A stretch of 59,790 nucleotides of DNA from a bacterium (GTDB lineage: Bacteria > Actinomycetota > UBA4738 > HRBIN12). The notes under the pieces were generated by a model that did no database searches, was not told the origin of the DNA, and worked only from the letters and a program-made list of their open reading frames with translations. The translations under genes and the position numbers were made by a program. Below, in pieces: positions 51,957 through 59,790 of this stretch. The stretch lies in NCBI GenBank assembly GCA_046735355.1, contig JBKPTC010000076.1, positions 1-59,790 of the forward strand, in the 5' to 3' direction. Position 1 is the first letter of the stretch; each line of letters begins with the position of its first letter.

Positions 51957-52171
51957 TCAGACTTCGCAGCCTCTCTTGACCGCTGCGCTGACGCATCGGT
52001 CACGTCCGGGGCCGCCGCGAGCGGTGCCCGGACCCGATCCGCCGAACAACGCGTCGCGACCCCGGCCGCCGCTCATGAGGTCGTCGCCGCCGCCGCCGAG
52101 GATCTCCGGTCACGTCCGCGACGGCCGATGAGCGTGTCGTCACTGCCGCGCCCGCACAGCACGTCCGCGTT
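51957..52171 (-). pseudogene. Frameshifted C-terminal fragment of an RTX-type Ca-binding repeat protein
   Basis: NADVLCGRGSDDTLIGRRGRDR / ILGGGGDDLMSGGRGRDALFGG..GGPGRDRC..GCEV*. Confidence 0.7.
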
Positions 52172-52258
52172 CAGACGGGGACCGTCCGCCTGGGGACCTG
52201 GACGAGGTCGCCGATCACTTAGCAACGTAGCTCCACGGGGGGCCGGTCGCCGGACGCG

Positions 52259-53278
52259 TCAGCTCCACCGAACGCTGATCGCGCGGGTGATGCCGGGCAG
52301 CGGGAGCGAGGCCGCCTCCGCCTCGACAGCTTCGCGTTGCCCACGCGTGAGTCTCCGCCAGATTTCGATCGAGACGACCTCGTTCGCGCGGCGCCAGGTG
52401 CCGACGATGTCGCCGTTCACGAGCAGCGCGCCCGGCCACACACGGCTCGTCCACAGCGCGGCGCGCTGCGAGGCGTTCGGAACCAGCAGCTCGCGATCTT
52501 CGGCGTAGAGGAGGAAGTACGCATCGCCGCTCGGGAGGAGGCGAGCGGCGGCGGACGGTCCGGCCGGTTCGCCGAGCGCCTGCTCGTCCCTCGTGAGGGT
52601 CCGCGCGTCGCCGATCGGCGTTCGGACCGACGTGAGCTCACCTGCGAGCGCATCGAACGCGGCGACGGCATCGCGCCGGGCGAGTCCCGACCACCGTGCG
52701 AACGAGTCGGGCGTTGTCGGGCCGTAGACGTTGAGGTACCGCCTCGCGAGCTCCAGACGGGCGTCGGCCGGATCGACGTCCGGCGGCGGAATGGTCCAGA
52801 TGAGCGACGACCGCGCGCCGGTCCACCGGATTAGCACCCTGCCGGTCGCGGCGGCGTACCGGAGGCTGTTCGGATGGATCCCGAGGCCGAGCCCCGCCTC
52901 GTCGTACGTCATCGTGCGCCCCGCGAGGAACGTGTCGAGCCGGGCGGCCACATCGTCGGACCGCCACCGCGCCTTGCTGCCGTTTGGATCCAGAAGCGCG
53001 AGCGTGAAGACGGCGCGGTCGCGCGCGGGGACGACGAAGACGTTGTACCGAGGACCCCAGATCTGCACGAGCGACCGATCCGCCCAGGCGTCGGGCGTCG
53101 TTCCCGCGACCCGCGCGTGGATCGACAGCAGGGCGGCACGCGGCATGCTGTCCTGGAGGCCGGCCCACGCGGCCGTGCGCAGCGACGCTTCGCCGAGCTC
53201 CATCCGCTGTTCGAGCGAACCCGCGCGCCGCCGGAAGGCGAGGATCTGCGATCGAGTCACCCGCAGCGGCGTCGGCAT
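52259..53278 (-). CDS. AlkZ-like (HTH_42) DNA glycosylase family protein
   Basis: GLQDS..LSIHARV, RRYL.VYGP.T...FARWSGL, RLLPSGDAY, LVNG.IVGTW. Confidence 0.8.
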   Translation of the reverse strand: MPTPLRVTRSQILAFRRRAGSLEQRMELGEASLRTAAWAGLQDSMPRAALLSIHARVAGTTPDAWADRSLVQIWGPRYNVFVVPARDRAVFTLALLDPNGSKARWRSDDVAARLDTFLAGRTMTYDEAGLGLGIHPNSLRYAAATGRVLIRWTGARSSLIWTIPPPDVDPADARLELARRYLNVYGPTTPDSFARWSGLARRDAVAAFDALAGELTSVRTPIGDARTLTRDEQALGEPAGPSAAARLLPSGDAYFLLYAEDRELLVPNASQRAALWTSRVWPGALLVNGDIVGTWRRANEVVSIEIWRRLTRGQREAVEAEAASLPLPGITRAISVRWS

Positions 53279-53411
53279 GTCGGCCGCCCAGTCTGCTTCC
53301 TGAGCTTGTCGACGTCAGCCGAGGCGCCGGCGGCCCCGATCTCGCGATTCAGGCGTACGCGAGGCCTTCGGTAGACTGGGCGCCGTCCTCCGGTTCTGAG
53401 GGCAATCGATC

Positions 53412-53482
53412 GGCGGGGTGGCCGAGTGGTTAGGCAAGGGTCTGCAAAACCCTCTACACCGGTTCAATTCCGGTCCCCGCCT
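53412..53482 (+). tRNA. tRNA-Cys (GCA)
   Basis: GGCGGGG/CCCCGCC acceptor, loop CTGCAAA, GGTTCAATTCC; CCA not encoded. Confidence 0.97.
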
Positions 53483-53524
53483 CGAACAGTCCCAGCGGTC
53501 GAGTACGATTCGACGCCCGAACGC

Positions 53525-53599
53525 GGGCGCTTAGCTCAGGGGTAGAGCGCTTCCTTGACGCGGAAGAGGTCAGAGGTTCGAATCCTCTAGCGCCCACCA
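53525..53599 (+). tRNA. tRNA-Val (GAC)
   Basis: GGGCGCT/AGCGCCC acceptor, CTTCC-TTGACGC-GGAAG arm, GGTTCGAATCC, CCA. Confidence 0.97.
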
Positions 53600-53818
53600 G
53601 CAAAATGGCGGCCATCGCGCCGGCGCGTGGACGATCCTCGGCGATGCAGCCGAGTAGCCCTTCGCGAGACACGGCGGGTGCTGCTCGAGGCGGTATGTCA
53701 GCATGGGTCAATGACGTCGAAACAGGCTGCCGAGCTCACTGACTCGATCACAAGCCGTCAAGGTGACGCTGTGGAGGATGACTCGAGACGGTCAGCTGAA
53801 GGGCGACCAGGGTCGTTA

Positions 53819-53926
53819 CTCCTAAGAACGCTCCTAAGAACGGCTGTAACCGCTGTAACCGAGTACCGCAGGTCGAGGATGGCGGTAAATGGGGCTACAG
53901 TGGTTACGCCGCTTCCAAGCGTTACG
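53819..53926. repeat. Short tandem and inverted repeats (iteron-like)
   Basis: CTCCTAAGAACG x2 (53819-42), GCTGTAACC x2 (53843-60), opposite-orientation GTTAC at 53903 and 53921. Confidence 0.7.
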
Positions 53927-53927
53927 G

Positions 53928-54159
53928 ATGCGTGAGGACGTTCGCACGAGGGCTGCACGGTATCTCGTCGCCGGGCCGTCTCGAGGTGCGCGACATCGAC
54001 GGCCGAACGATCGAGGCGCGGTGTCGAGGGGGCAATGCCCAGCGGTACGAGCTCTGCTACCGGCGCGGTGGGTGGTCCTGCACCTGTCCTGCACGCGGGC
54101 GGTGCTGTCACCTCCAGGCATTGCACCGGGTCGCGCTACGACCGGAAGGAGAGTCCTGA
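53928..54159 (+). pseudogene. Frameshifted SWIM zinc-finger protein
   Basis: MREDVRTRAARYLVAG / RLEVRDIDG..WSCTCPARGRCCHLQAL; length 3n+1. Confidence 0.7.
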
Positions 54160-54288
54160 TGGGTCTGCTCGGACCGATGGATCCCGACTTCGGCGCGCCC
54201 ACCCGACTGGGATGGGTAGTGGGTCAGATCGCCGAGCGGCTCTCGACGGAGATTGCCGTTCGCTCGACAACCCAATAAGTTCTGTTTG

Positions 54289-54627
54289 ATGGTCGAAGGG
54301 TTCTCGACCAAGGTCGACGCGACGGCCGAGGGGACGATCATCCACGTCCGCGGCGAGATCGACATAGCGACCGCGGGACGGCTCCGGGATGTCATCGAGC
54401 CCCACATGGGTCCCAAGCAGACGATCATTTTGGACTTCTCCAAGGTGGAGTTCATGGACTCGTCGTGCCTGAACCTCCTCGTCCAAGCGCGAGGTCGGCT
54501 CACCGAGAACGGGGGATCACTAATCCTCCGCAACCCGTCGAGAGCGGCGCACCGCCTGCTCTCCATCAGGGGCGCGACCGACCTCCTCGAAACTGACGCC
54601 CAGGATCACCCCGCCGAGTCGAACTGA
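54289..54627 (+). CDS. STAS-domain anti-anti-sigma factor
   Basis: VRGEIDIATA, ILDFSKVEFMDSS, LRNPS. Confidence 0.9.
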   Translation: MVEGFSTKVDATAEGTIIHVRGEIDIATAGRLRDVIEPHMGPKQTIILDFSKVEFMDSSCLNLLVQARGRLTENGGSLILRNPSRAAHRLLSIRGATDLLETDAQDHPAESN

Positions 54628-54819
54628 CCCACTACGACTGGGCTGGGTCGGGTGTTCACCGAGGTCGAAGGATCCCACACGAACAAGTCGACGGAGCACT
54701 CTGCGCGGACGGAGTTGGTTCTCGCGACATGCTCGGGCAGGTGCTGTCCGAAGAAGGGGCAATCGCATTGACAACGGGCAGCCTGGTGACGTTGCGCCGA
54801 GAGGGCGTTGAGACGGCTT

Positions 54820-54983
54820 TCACCCCGTTCGCCGTGCGTCTGCCTGACCAAGTCGGACCCAGCCGACCATCGCCTCGAGCACCGGATCTCGCTCCAGACG
54901 CCGGACGTCGCCGCACTCGGGACACGTCCACGTCGCACGACCGGAGCCGTAGGCAACGGCACCTCGCACGGATGGTGGCTCAT
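54820..54983 (-). pseudogene. Frameshifted small zinc-ribbon protein, copy 1
   Basis: MSHHPCEVPLP / GSGRATWTCPECGDV..VLEAMVGWVRLG; AAAGGTGAG RBS. Confidence 0.55.
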
Positions 54984-55160
54984 CCGCTCACCTTTCGCGA
55001 CGCCACAGTAGGCGGGCCGCTCGCGCCACGGACGGATCCGCCGCGCAAGCGACCCAACTCGATTGTGTCTGCGCGGTGCAACTCTGCCGGTTCCGGTGTA
55101 TGCGACAGAAGCGCGGGTAAAACCGAAACAGGATCGGAGGAAACCCGAATCGAACGCCAT

Positions 55161-55538
55161 ATGGAGCTACATCTGCCGGCGGATGCGATCGCTCCGGCGC
55201 TGGCGCGAGCGGGTTTGCGCACACTAACCGCCGACCTCTCCGATGAGGCGGCCGCAAACGTCACGCTGCTGACGACCGAACTCGTGTCGAACGCCGTCCG
55301 GCACGGAACGCCCGACCCGGCCGACGAGATCCTCGTCCGGGCTTCGTTAGACGGTGCAATCCGCGTCGAAGTTCTGGACGGAGCCCCAAGCGTGGCTGCT
55401 CCGGGGCCGGCGCCCTCGTCCGACCCAGCGCCCGGCGGGATGGGGTTGTTCATCGTCGACACCGTCGCGCGGTCGTGGGGCGTCGCCAGGGATGGCAACC
55501 GAGAAATGGTCTGGTTCGAGCTCGATTGCGCGGCATAG
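55161..55538 (+). CDS. RsbW-like anti-sigma factor (HATPase), paralogue of 48179-48571
   Basis: LLTTELVSNAVRH, IRVEVLD, GGMGLFIV, VWFEL; true start may be ATC at 55149. Confidence 0.88.
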   Translation: MELHLPADAIAPALARAGLRTLTADLSDEAAANVTLLTTELVSNAVRHGTPDPADEILVRASLDGAIRVEVLDGAPSVAAPGPAPSSDPAPGGMGLFIVDTVARSWGVARDGNREMVWFELDCAA

Positions 55539-55548
55539 CGTGTCAGGC

Positions 55549-55683
55549 ATGGACGAAGACGTCGGGGCAGATGTCGCCCAGATCGCTACGGACGTCGCCG
55601 GCACCGCAGCCCTTCTTCAAGATATCGTGGCGACGGTAGCGCGAATTGCATCGGCGTTGGAGAGCGAGAGTCGGAAGCGATAG
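55549..55683 (+). CDS. Putative 44-aa helical protein
   Basis: TAGCGT 7 nt before ATG (leaderless-like); amphipathic MDEDVGADVAQIATDVA.. Confidence 0.4.
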   Translation: MDEDVGADVAQIATDVAGTAALLQDIVATVARIASALESESRKR

Positions 55684-55755
55684 TCGAGCGTCGGTGGTTT
55701 CGCGGTCTGGGCTCTCCGAACCTCCTATGGTGGCTTATGGCGTGGCGCTCACCAT

Positions 55756-55856
55756 CGTCTGCCTCGCCGAGCCGGACCCAGACGACCATCGCCTCGAGCA
55801 CTGGGGTCTCGCTCCATACGCCAGACGTCGCCGCACTGTGGACACGTCCACGCCGC
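55756..55856 (-). pseudogene. Frameshifted small zinc-ribbon protein, copy 2
   Basis: Homologous to 54837-54936; WTCPQCGDVW..(+1 nt)..VLEAMVVWVRLG. Confidence 0.6.
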
Positions 55857-55883
55857 GCCGGTCCGAGAGAACTGCTGGGCACG

Positions 55884-56817
55884 TCATGCATCTTCGCTGC
55901 TCGGACGTACGACGCAGCGGAACCCGAGATGGCCGGTTGTGGTGTGGATCGGCTCGCCTTGTCGAGCAGCCGGCCGGTACCGGTGGCAATAGTTCGGCGC
56001 GCACAGATGCGAGCCGCCCTTCGTCACGCGACGGGGGATATCGGGGAGGACCGTCGTCGGTGCCGGGGCGCAGCATGCACCCGCCTTCGCTTTCGCGTGG
56101 GAAGCCGTCCAGTCGTCGCGCGTCCACTCCCACACGTTGCCGGTGACATCGAACAACCCGTACCCGTTCGGCGGGAACGAGCCAACCGGCGACGTTCCCG
56201 CGAACCGATCGAGCACGAGGTTCTGCCACGGGAATTCGCCCTGCCACGTGTTGGCCATCAGGCGTCCGCGGGGCGCGAACTCGTCTCCCGATGCGTACGT
56301 CCCTCCTTCGAGCGCGCCGCGCGCGGCAAGCTCCCATTCGGCCTCAGTCGGCAGGTCCTTGCCGGCCCAGCGCGCGTACTCCCGCGCGTCCGCGAACCCG
56401 ACGTGTGTCACGGGGTGGCGGTCGCGGCCGCCGACCTTGCTCGACGGGCCCTCGGGGTGTCGCCAGTCGGCGCCCGCCGCGTAGCTCCACCAGACCCGAT
56501 GATCGTCGAGCGGAACGGGTCGGTCCGGCGGCGTGAACACGAGGGAGCCGGGGACGAGATCGGCGGGGTTGGCGCCCGGTTGAGCGCCGGTCCGGAGGAC
56601 GTTCCGCAAGCGTCACATAGCGGGTTGCAGCGACGAAGCGGCGGAACTCCGCGACGTTTCGGGGGTGTTCGTCGATCCAGAAACCGTCGACGGTCGCGCG
56701 TCGGACGGGCGGTTCCTCCGGAGAGAAGTCCGCCGAGCCCAGCGCGAACGATGCGGATGGGATCCACGTCATGCTCTTCCGCACGTCGTCCGGCCGGACG
56801 CGCCCGTCAGGCGACAT
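55884..56817 (-). pseudogene. Formylglycine-generating enzyme (FGE-sulfatase) family, frameshifted near 56580-56600
   Basis: N-part MTWIP..F.LGS..VDGFWIDEH..AEFRRFV in one frame; C-part LPTEAEWE, GNVWEW, KGGSHLCAPNYCHRYRPAAR, GFRC in another. Confidence 0.85.
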
Positions 56818-56879
56818 CTGCGGTTCGCGGCTGCTGATCAGCGGTTCTCGGGAGGTGGGTGCCCCGAGGTCGCCTGCCC

Positions 56880-57324
56880 GAGCGACGAGGACCGAACAGC
56901 CCGCTTCGCGCAGGAGGCGCGCGGTCACACGACCGATGCGCGGTGGTGCGGTCACCAGGCCGGCGTCGGGTCCGACGCAGACGAGACCGACCGCGTTCTC
57001 ATCCGCCTCCTCCATCAAGCGCGTCGCCGGATCGCCCGCGATCTTCCGCGTCTCGGACTCGACGCCGTCCTGCGTCGCCAGGACGACCGCCCTCCCGAGC
57101 GCCGCCGATGCGACCGCGTCGACCGGCGGGTCGTGCGGGCGACCGGTGTCGATCACGAACAGGGCCTCGAGGCGCGCGCGTGTGGCCGACGCGAGTCGGG
57201 CGGCCTGCGTCACGGCGACCTCGGCACGCGGGGAACCGTCCGTGCCTACGAGGGTTCGCGAAAAGAGGCCGTCCGCGACGCCGATTCGACCCGCCATCCG
57301 ATCCTCCGGTCCTTCCGGTTCCAT
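56880..57324 (-). CDS. Universal stress protein domain, in frame with the FGE N-terminus (no stop between)
   Basis: LVGTDGS..A..A, GDPA..L, IG.V...LL..A.CSVLVAR. Confidence 0.7.
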
Positions 57325-57442
57325 GCCGGTTCTCCGTCCACCGAACGCGGAACCGTCCGCAGATCGATCTGCCGTGGCGTACGGCGGGCAGTTGTCTGAC
57401 CGCTCGTGCGATCGTCGCCCAGATGTCCGTATCGTCCCTAGC

Positions 57443-58066
57443 GTGACGAAACGCTCGACGGGACGGGTGTGGCTCTCGTCAACGGTGACGGCGATCGTGG
57501 TCGTCGTCGCGGCAACGCTCGGGCTGCGGGGCTGGGCGGGGACCATCGACACCCTGTCCAACGCCCGAGCCGCTCGTCTTCCGGGTCTGCTGCGGACTAC
57601 AGCGCCGTGGCCGAACAACACCTTGCAACTCTCGGCGCGGATCGCCGCCATGGGGTTGCCGCCACCAGGGTCCATCGAGCACGTCCACGTCTTCCTCGTC
57701 GTGTTCGTGCACGGGCGGCGCGTTCCGGTTCCGAGTGATGTCGGGCTGGCGCGCGACACGGAGTCGCCGTTGCATACGCACGCCGGCGAACCCGGAATCG
57801 TTCATGTCGAATCGCTTCTTCCGTTCTGGCATCCGACGCTGGGCGAGTTCTTCGACGTATGGGGCGTGCGACTCTCGTCGACCTGCCTCGGTGCGTACTG
57901 CACACGCGGCGCCGAACGGTTGGCCGTCTTTGTGGACGGGACGTACGTCAACGGCGATCCCCGCTTGATCCAGTTGGCCGACCACGACGCCATCGCGGTC
58001 GTCTTCGGAACGGCGGATCAAGCCCCTCGGGAGTTCCCGGTCGTCGACTGGTCGCGCGCGCTGTGA
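57443..58066 (+). CDS. Membrane-anchored His-rich hypothetical protein
   Basis: N-terminal TM; HVH, LHTH, IVHVES, TLGEFFDVWG motifs; TATCGT 7 nt before GTG. Confidence 0.75.
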   Translation: MTKRSTGRVWLSSTVTAIVVVVAATLGLRGWAGTIDTLSNARAARLPGLLRTTAPWPNNTLQLSARIAAMGLPPPGSIEHVHVFLVVFVHGRRVPVPSDVGLARDTESPLHTHAGEPGIVHVESLLPFWHPTLGEFFDVWGVRLSSTCLGAYCTRGAERLAVFVDGTYVNGDPRLIQLADHDAIAVVFGTADQAPREFPVVDWSRAL

Positions 58067-58115
58067 CTTGTGCTACCCGAGCTCTCGACGTACGGTGATC
58101 GTCCGCGAGCATCGA

Positions 58116-58155
58116 AGAAAGAGCCCCGACAGAAGCACCGGTCGGGGCTCTTTCT
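58116..58155. terminator. Probable bidirectional intrinsic terminator
   Basis: 15-bp stem AGAAAGAGCCCCGAC/GTCGGGGCTCTTTCT between convergent genes. Confidence 0.85.
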
Positions 58156-58162
58156 CGTCCCG

Positions 58163-58348
58163 TCAGCAGAAGATGCTGACCCCGCCGGGCCCGATCAGCA
58201 GGCCGACGATGATCAGCACGATGCCCGCGAGGATGCCGCCGCGGATCAGGGTCACGATTCCCGCGATGACGAGGATCGCGGCGATGATCCACAGGATCGT
58301 CGAAACGGAGCCGCTGCACGTGTTGGCGGCGAGAAGCACGGTTGCCAT
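58163..58348 (-). CDS. GPGG-motif small membrane protein
   Basis: ILWIIAAILVIAGIV..GLLIGPGGVSIF; GGGAGG RBS. Confidence 0.85.
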   Translation of the reverse strand: MATVLLAANTCSGSVSTILWIIAAILVIAGIVTLIRGGILAGIVLIIVGLLIGPGGVSIFC

Positions 58349-58477
58349 GTTCAGCCTCCCTTCCGGGTTCGCCGCGGCTTTACCCGAGGATACCTCCTGC
58401 GATGCATCGTGATGGCTGATTAGCCACGCGGAGGAGGGGTACGGCCCATCCGACTCCGGAAGGGGGAGGGTGAACCA

Positions 58478-59236
58478 ATGCTGGCAGACATCGACTATCA
58501 ACAGGGACTGGAGAACGCCTGGGCGAAGGTGGTGGCGTTCGCGCCCAAGCTTCTCGGCTTCTTCATCATCCTGCTGATCGGCTATTTCATCGCGAAGGCG
58601 CTCTCGAAGGTAACCAACGCGGTTCTAGAGCGGATCGGGTTCGACAACTGGGTCGAGCGCGGCTCGCTGAAGACGGCGCTCGAGCGCAACAAGACAGACG
58701 CCTCGGACATCGTCGCCGTCATCGTGTTCTGGGCGGTCTTCCTCATCGCGCTCCAGCTGGCATTCGGCATCTGGGGCCCGAACCCGATCAGCGATCTTCT
58801 CCACGGTCTGATCGCGTACCTCCCGAACGTCTTCGTCGCCGTGATCATCCTCGTCATCGCGGCGGCGCTCGCTCGTGTCGTGACCGACATGTTGCAGGCG
58901 ATGCTCGGTGCGGTCACGGGAGGCGAGTGGATCGCCCGATTGGCCGGCGTGGCTATCCTGGTGGTCGGCATCTTCGCGGCGCTCGACCAGCTGAACGTCG
59001 CGCCCGCGATCGTGACGGGACTGTTCTACGCGCTCCTCGTCGTGATCGCTGGTTCGCTCGTCATAGCGTTCGGCGTCGGTGGTATCCCCGTGGCGCGACG
59101 CTACGTCGAGCGGTGGGCGGCGCGAGCCGACACGACCGCCCAACAGGCCCGGGTAACGGCAGATCCGGAGGCGGGGAGGGCCGCGGCGCGGGCGCGCATC
59201 GAGCAGGAGCGTCAGCAGATGCGGTCCGAGGAATAG
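58478..59236 (+). CDS. Conserved TM-helix repeat (CmpX / mechanosensitive-channel-like) membrane protein
   Basis: Repeated (F/Y)xPx(L/V)..IL.IG modules, AFGVGG; GGAGG RBS. Confidence 0.82.
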   Translation: MLADIDYQQGLENAWAKVVAFAPKLLGFFIILLIGYFIAKALSKVTNAVLERIGFDNWVERGSLKTALERNKTDASDIVAVIVFWAVFLIALQLAFGIWGPNPISDLLHGLIAYLPNVFVAVIILVIAAALARVVTDMLQAMLGAVTGGEWIARLAGVAILVVGIFAALDQLNVAPAIVTGLFYALLVVIAGSLVIAFGVGGIPVARRYVERWAARADTTAQQARVTADPEAGRAAARARIEQERQQMRSEE

Positions 59237-59263
59237 TAGCCGAGGTCCTTTGTGCGCGGTCAC

Positions 59264-59770
59264 CTAGCGCGAGCGGAGCCGAACCACGGTCCGCCGCCCG
59301 GCGACCGCCTCTCGGAGCTCCTCCCGCGCCGGCATCTCGTCGCCGATCACGTCGACTCCGATCTTGGTGGCCTTCGCGTTGGCGAGCCCGATGTGTTCGA
59401 TGAGGGCCTCGTAGATCGCCGCCACCTCGTCCGGGTCCTCGACAAGCTCGGCGCGCATCGGCACGCGACGTCCCTCGTGCACGAGCTCTACATCGGCGCC
59501 GCCTCGAAGGTTGCTCCTCCAGGGCGCCGCGGTCAGGATCACCGGTTCGCCGTTCAGCTCGTGGTAGGCGACGGGAATCTCATACCGCTTCCCCGAACGC
59601 CGACCCACGAACGACAGCAGCGCGAGCTCGTGGATGCCCTTCGCCGCGGAGGACCTCAGCAGCGGCCGAACGAGCCCGTTCGCGAGCCTGGTCATCCTGA
59701 CGAAACCGGTGTTCGGCTCGAAGCACCGGACGCGCGATTCGACGTTCGTCTGCGTCGTCATCGTCCTCAC
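59264..59770 (-). CDS. F420-dependent nitroreductase-like (DDN) split-barrel protein
   Basis: LL.FVGRRSGK.Y.IPV.Y, W..NL; AAGGAG RBS. Confidence 0.72.
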   Translation of the reverse strand: MRTMTTQTNVESRVRCFEPNTGFVRMTRLANGLVRPLLRSSAAKGIHELALLSFVGRRSGKRYEIPVAYHELNGEPVILTAAPWRSNLRGGADVELVHEGRRVPMRAELVEDPDEVAAIYEALIEHIGLANAKATKIGVDVIGDEMPAREELREAVAGRRTVVRLRSR

Positions 59771-59790
59771 GCTCCTTCTGACCCCAGTTC

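Noticed and set aside
53454-53711. Minus-strand 85-aa ORF (VGARGFEPLTS..AGTGIEPV)
   Set aside because: Antisense translation of tRNA-Val and tRNA-Cys
44998-59790. Intact prophage, IS or defence system in the accessory region
   Set aside because: No structural, transposase, full-length integrase or recognisable defence genes; only relics and stress-type cargo

Overview
High-GC actinobacterial chromosome segment, probably from a deep-branching Actinomycetota lineage (inferred from rny, a DapL-type aminotransferase and actinobacterial LexA/NrdR/RecA-NDp motifs). Positions 1-44.9 kb are core genome: (nusA tail)-ylxR-infB-DUF503-rbfA-DHH-truB, an inserted membrane-lipid/signalling cluster (LPG-synthase-TM protein, PAP2 phosphatase, lipoprotein, pseudo-PAP2/kinase fusion, OpuAC-like binding protein), ribF-CapA-rpsO-pnp-M16-dapB-PIG-L-Eis-dapA-rnj-ftsK-rodZ-cinA-thpR-recA-recX-rny-miaB-miaA-dapF-dapL-hflX, lexA/LysM, clpP/SRPBCC-ArsR and nrdR-nrdJ-dut. 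From tRNA-Gly(GCC) at 44.9 kb onward lies a decayed accessory region. It holds two tandem integrations at tRNA-Gly (two tyrosine-integrase relics and a 15-bp att repeat), then AlkZ-like, tRNA-Cys, tRNA-Val, and a further element relic with stress-type cargo (two STAS/RsbW pairs, USP, FGE pseudogene, GPGG and CmpX-like proteins). Most notable: a ~175-nt rod-shaped 6S-like RNA candidate ahead of rny, the pseudo-phosphatase-kinase operon with an orphan binding protein, three small paralogues I cannot assign to a family, dual LexA/RecA-NDp promoters, and a tandem hairpin repeat in the nrdJ leader. All calls were made by eye from the sequence; no searches or folding programs were run.
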